From: a virus
Taxonomy: Duplodnaviria; Caudoviricetes
DNA: 26,984 nucleotides
IMG/VR virus record: IMGVR_UViG_3300042318_000386
Span: 1-26,984 of that record
Strand: one strand, 5' to 3'
Part shown: positions 26,926 through 26,984 of the stretch, piece after piece
How positions within the stretch are numbered: position 1 is the stretch's first letter
Layout: each line of letters starts with the position of its first letter
Notes under the pieces: model-generated
What the model saw: the letters and a program-made list of their open reading frames with translations, nothing else
Told to the model about the DNA's origin: nothing
Databases searched by the model: none
Translations under genes and position numbers: made by a program

Positions 26926-26984
26926 TATATATTTATATTATATTCGATTGAAATAGGTATAGTAGAGGTAAACTCTTTCCAAAG
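26925..26984 (-). CDS. 3' end of a hypothetical protein starting outside the window
   Basis: LWKEFTSTIPISIEYNINI*, with its TAA overlapping the next ATG (TAATG). Confidence 0.65.
   Translation of the reverse strand, partial: LWKEFTSTIPISIEYNINI

Noticed and set aside
1-26984. tRNA, rRNA, CRISPR array, integrase, transposase or diversity-generating retroelement
   Set aside because: Coding density is near complete and spacers are under 100 nt; no such motifs, and the repeats found are short intragenic duplications.

Overview
This window is the virion morphogenesis module of an AT-rich, podovirus-like tailed phage, probably infecting Bacteroidota (A-rich leaders without Shine-Dalgarno sequences, TAnnTTTG -7 promoter boxes). 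All credible genes are on the minus strand. Reading right to left: a partial conserved ORF, a tandem GroES-like protein, a 2OG-Fe(II) oxygenase-like protein, a putative small terminase, the large terminase, portal, scaffold, major capsid protein, a conserved hypothetical, two adaptor/ring proteins, a tail nozzle ('stabilization') locus apparently split into three genes around a Cys-rich insert, a GNAT-like protein, two internal virion proteins, and a giant (at least 1924 aa) ejection-type protein that runs off the left edge and is missing from the ORF track. The most unusual signals are hidden coding layers. The giant gene has a -1 slippery site plus hairpin opening a short alternative C-terminus (YGVSFGRYFFGVAIFRD*), and a 51-aa basic gene (MPFKNKQQMKACY...) nested in its +1 frame. 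The terminase has no nearby ATG and overlaps the upstream gene in the +1 frame. The nozzle gene and the Cys-rich gene are in frame and separated by a single TAA. Functional calls come from motifs, gene order and recalled family resemblance; no database search was run.
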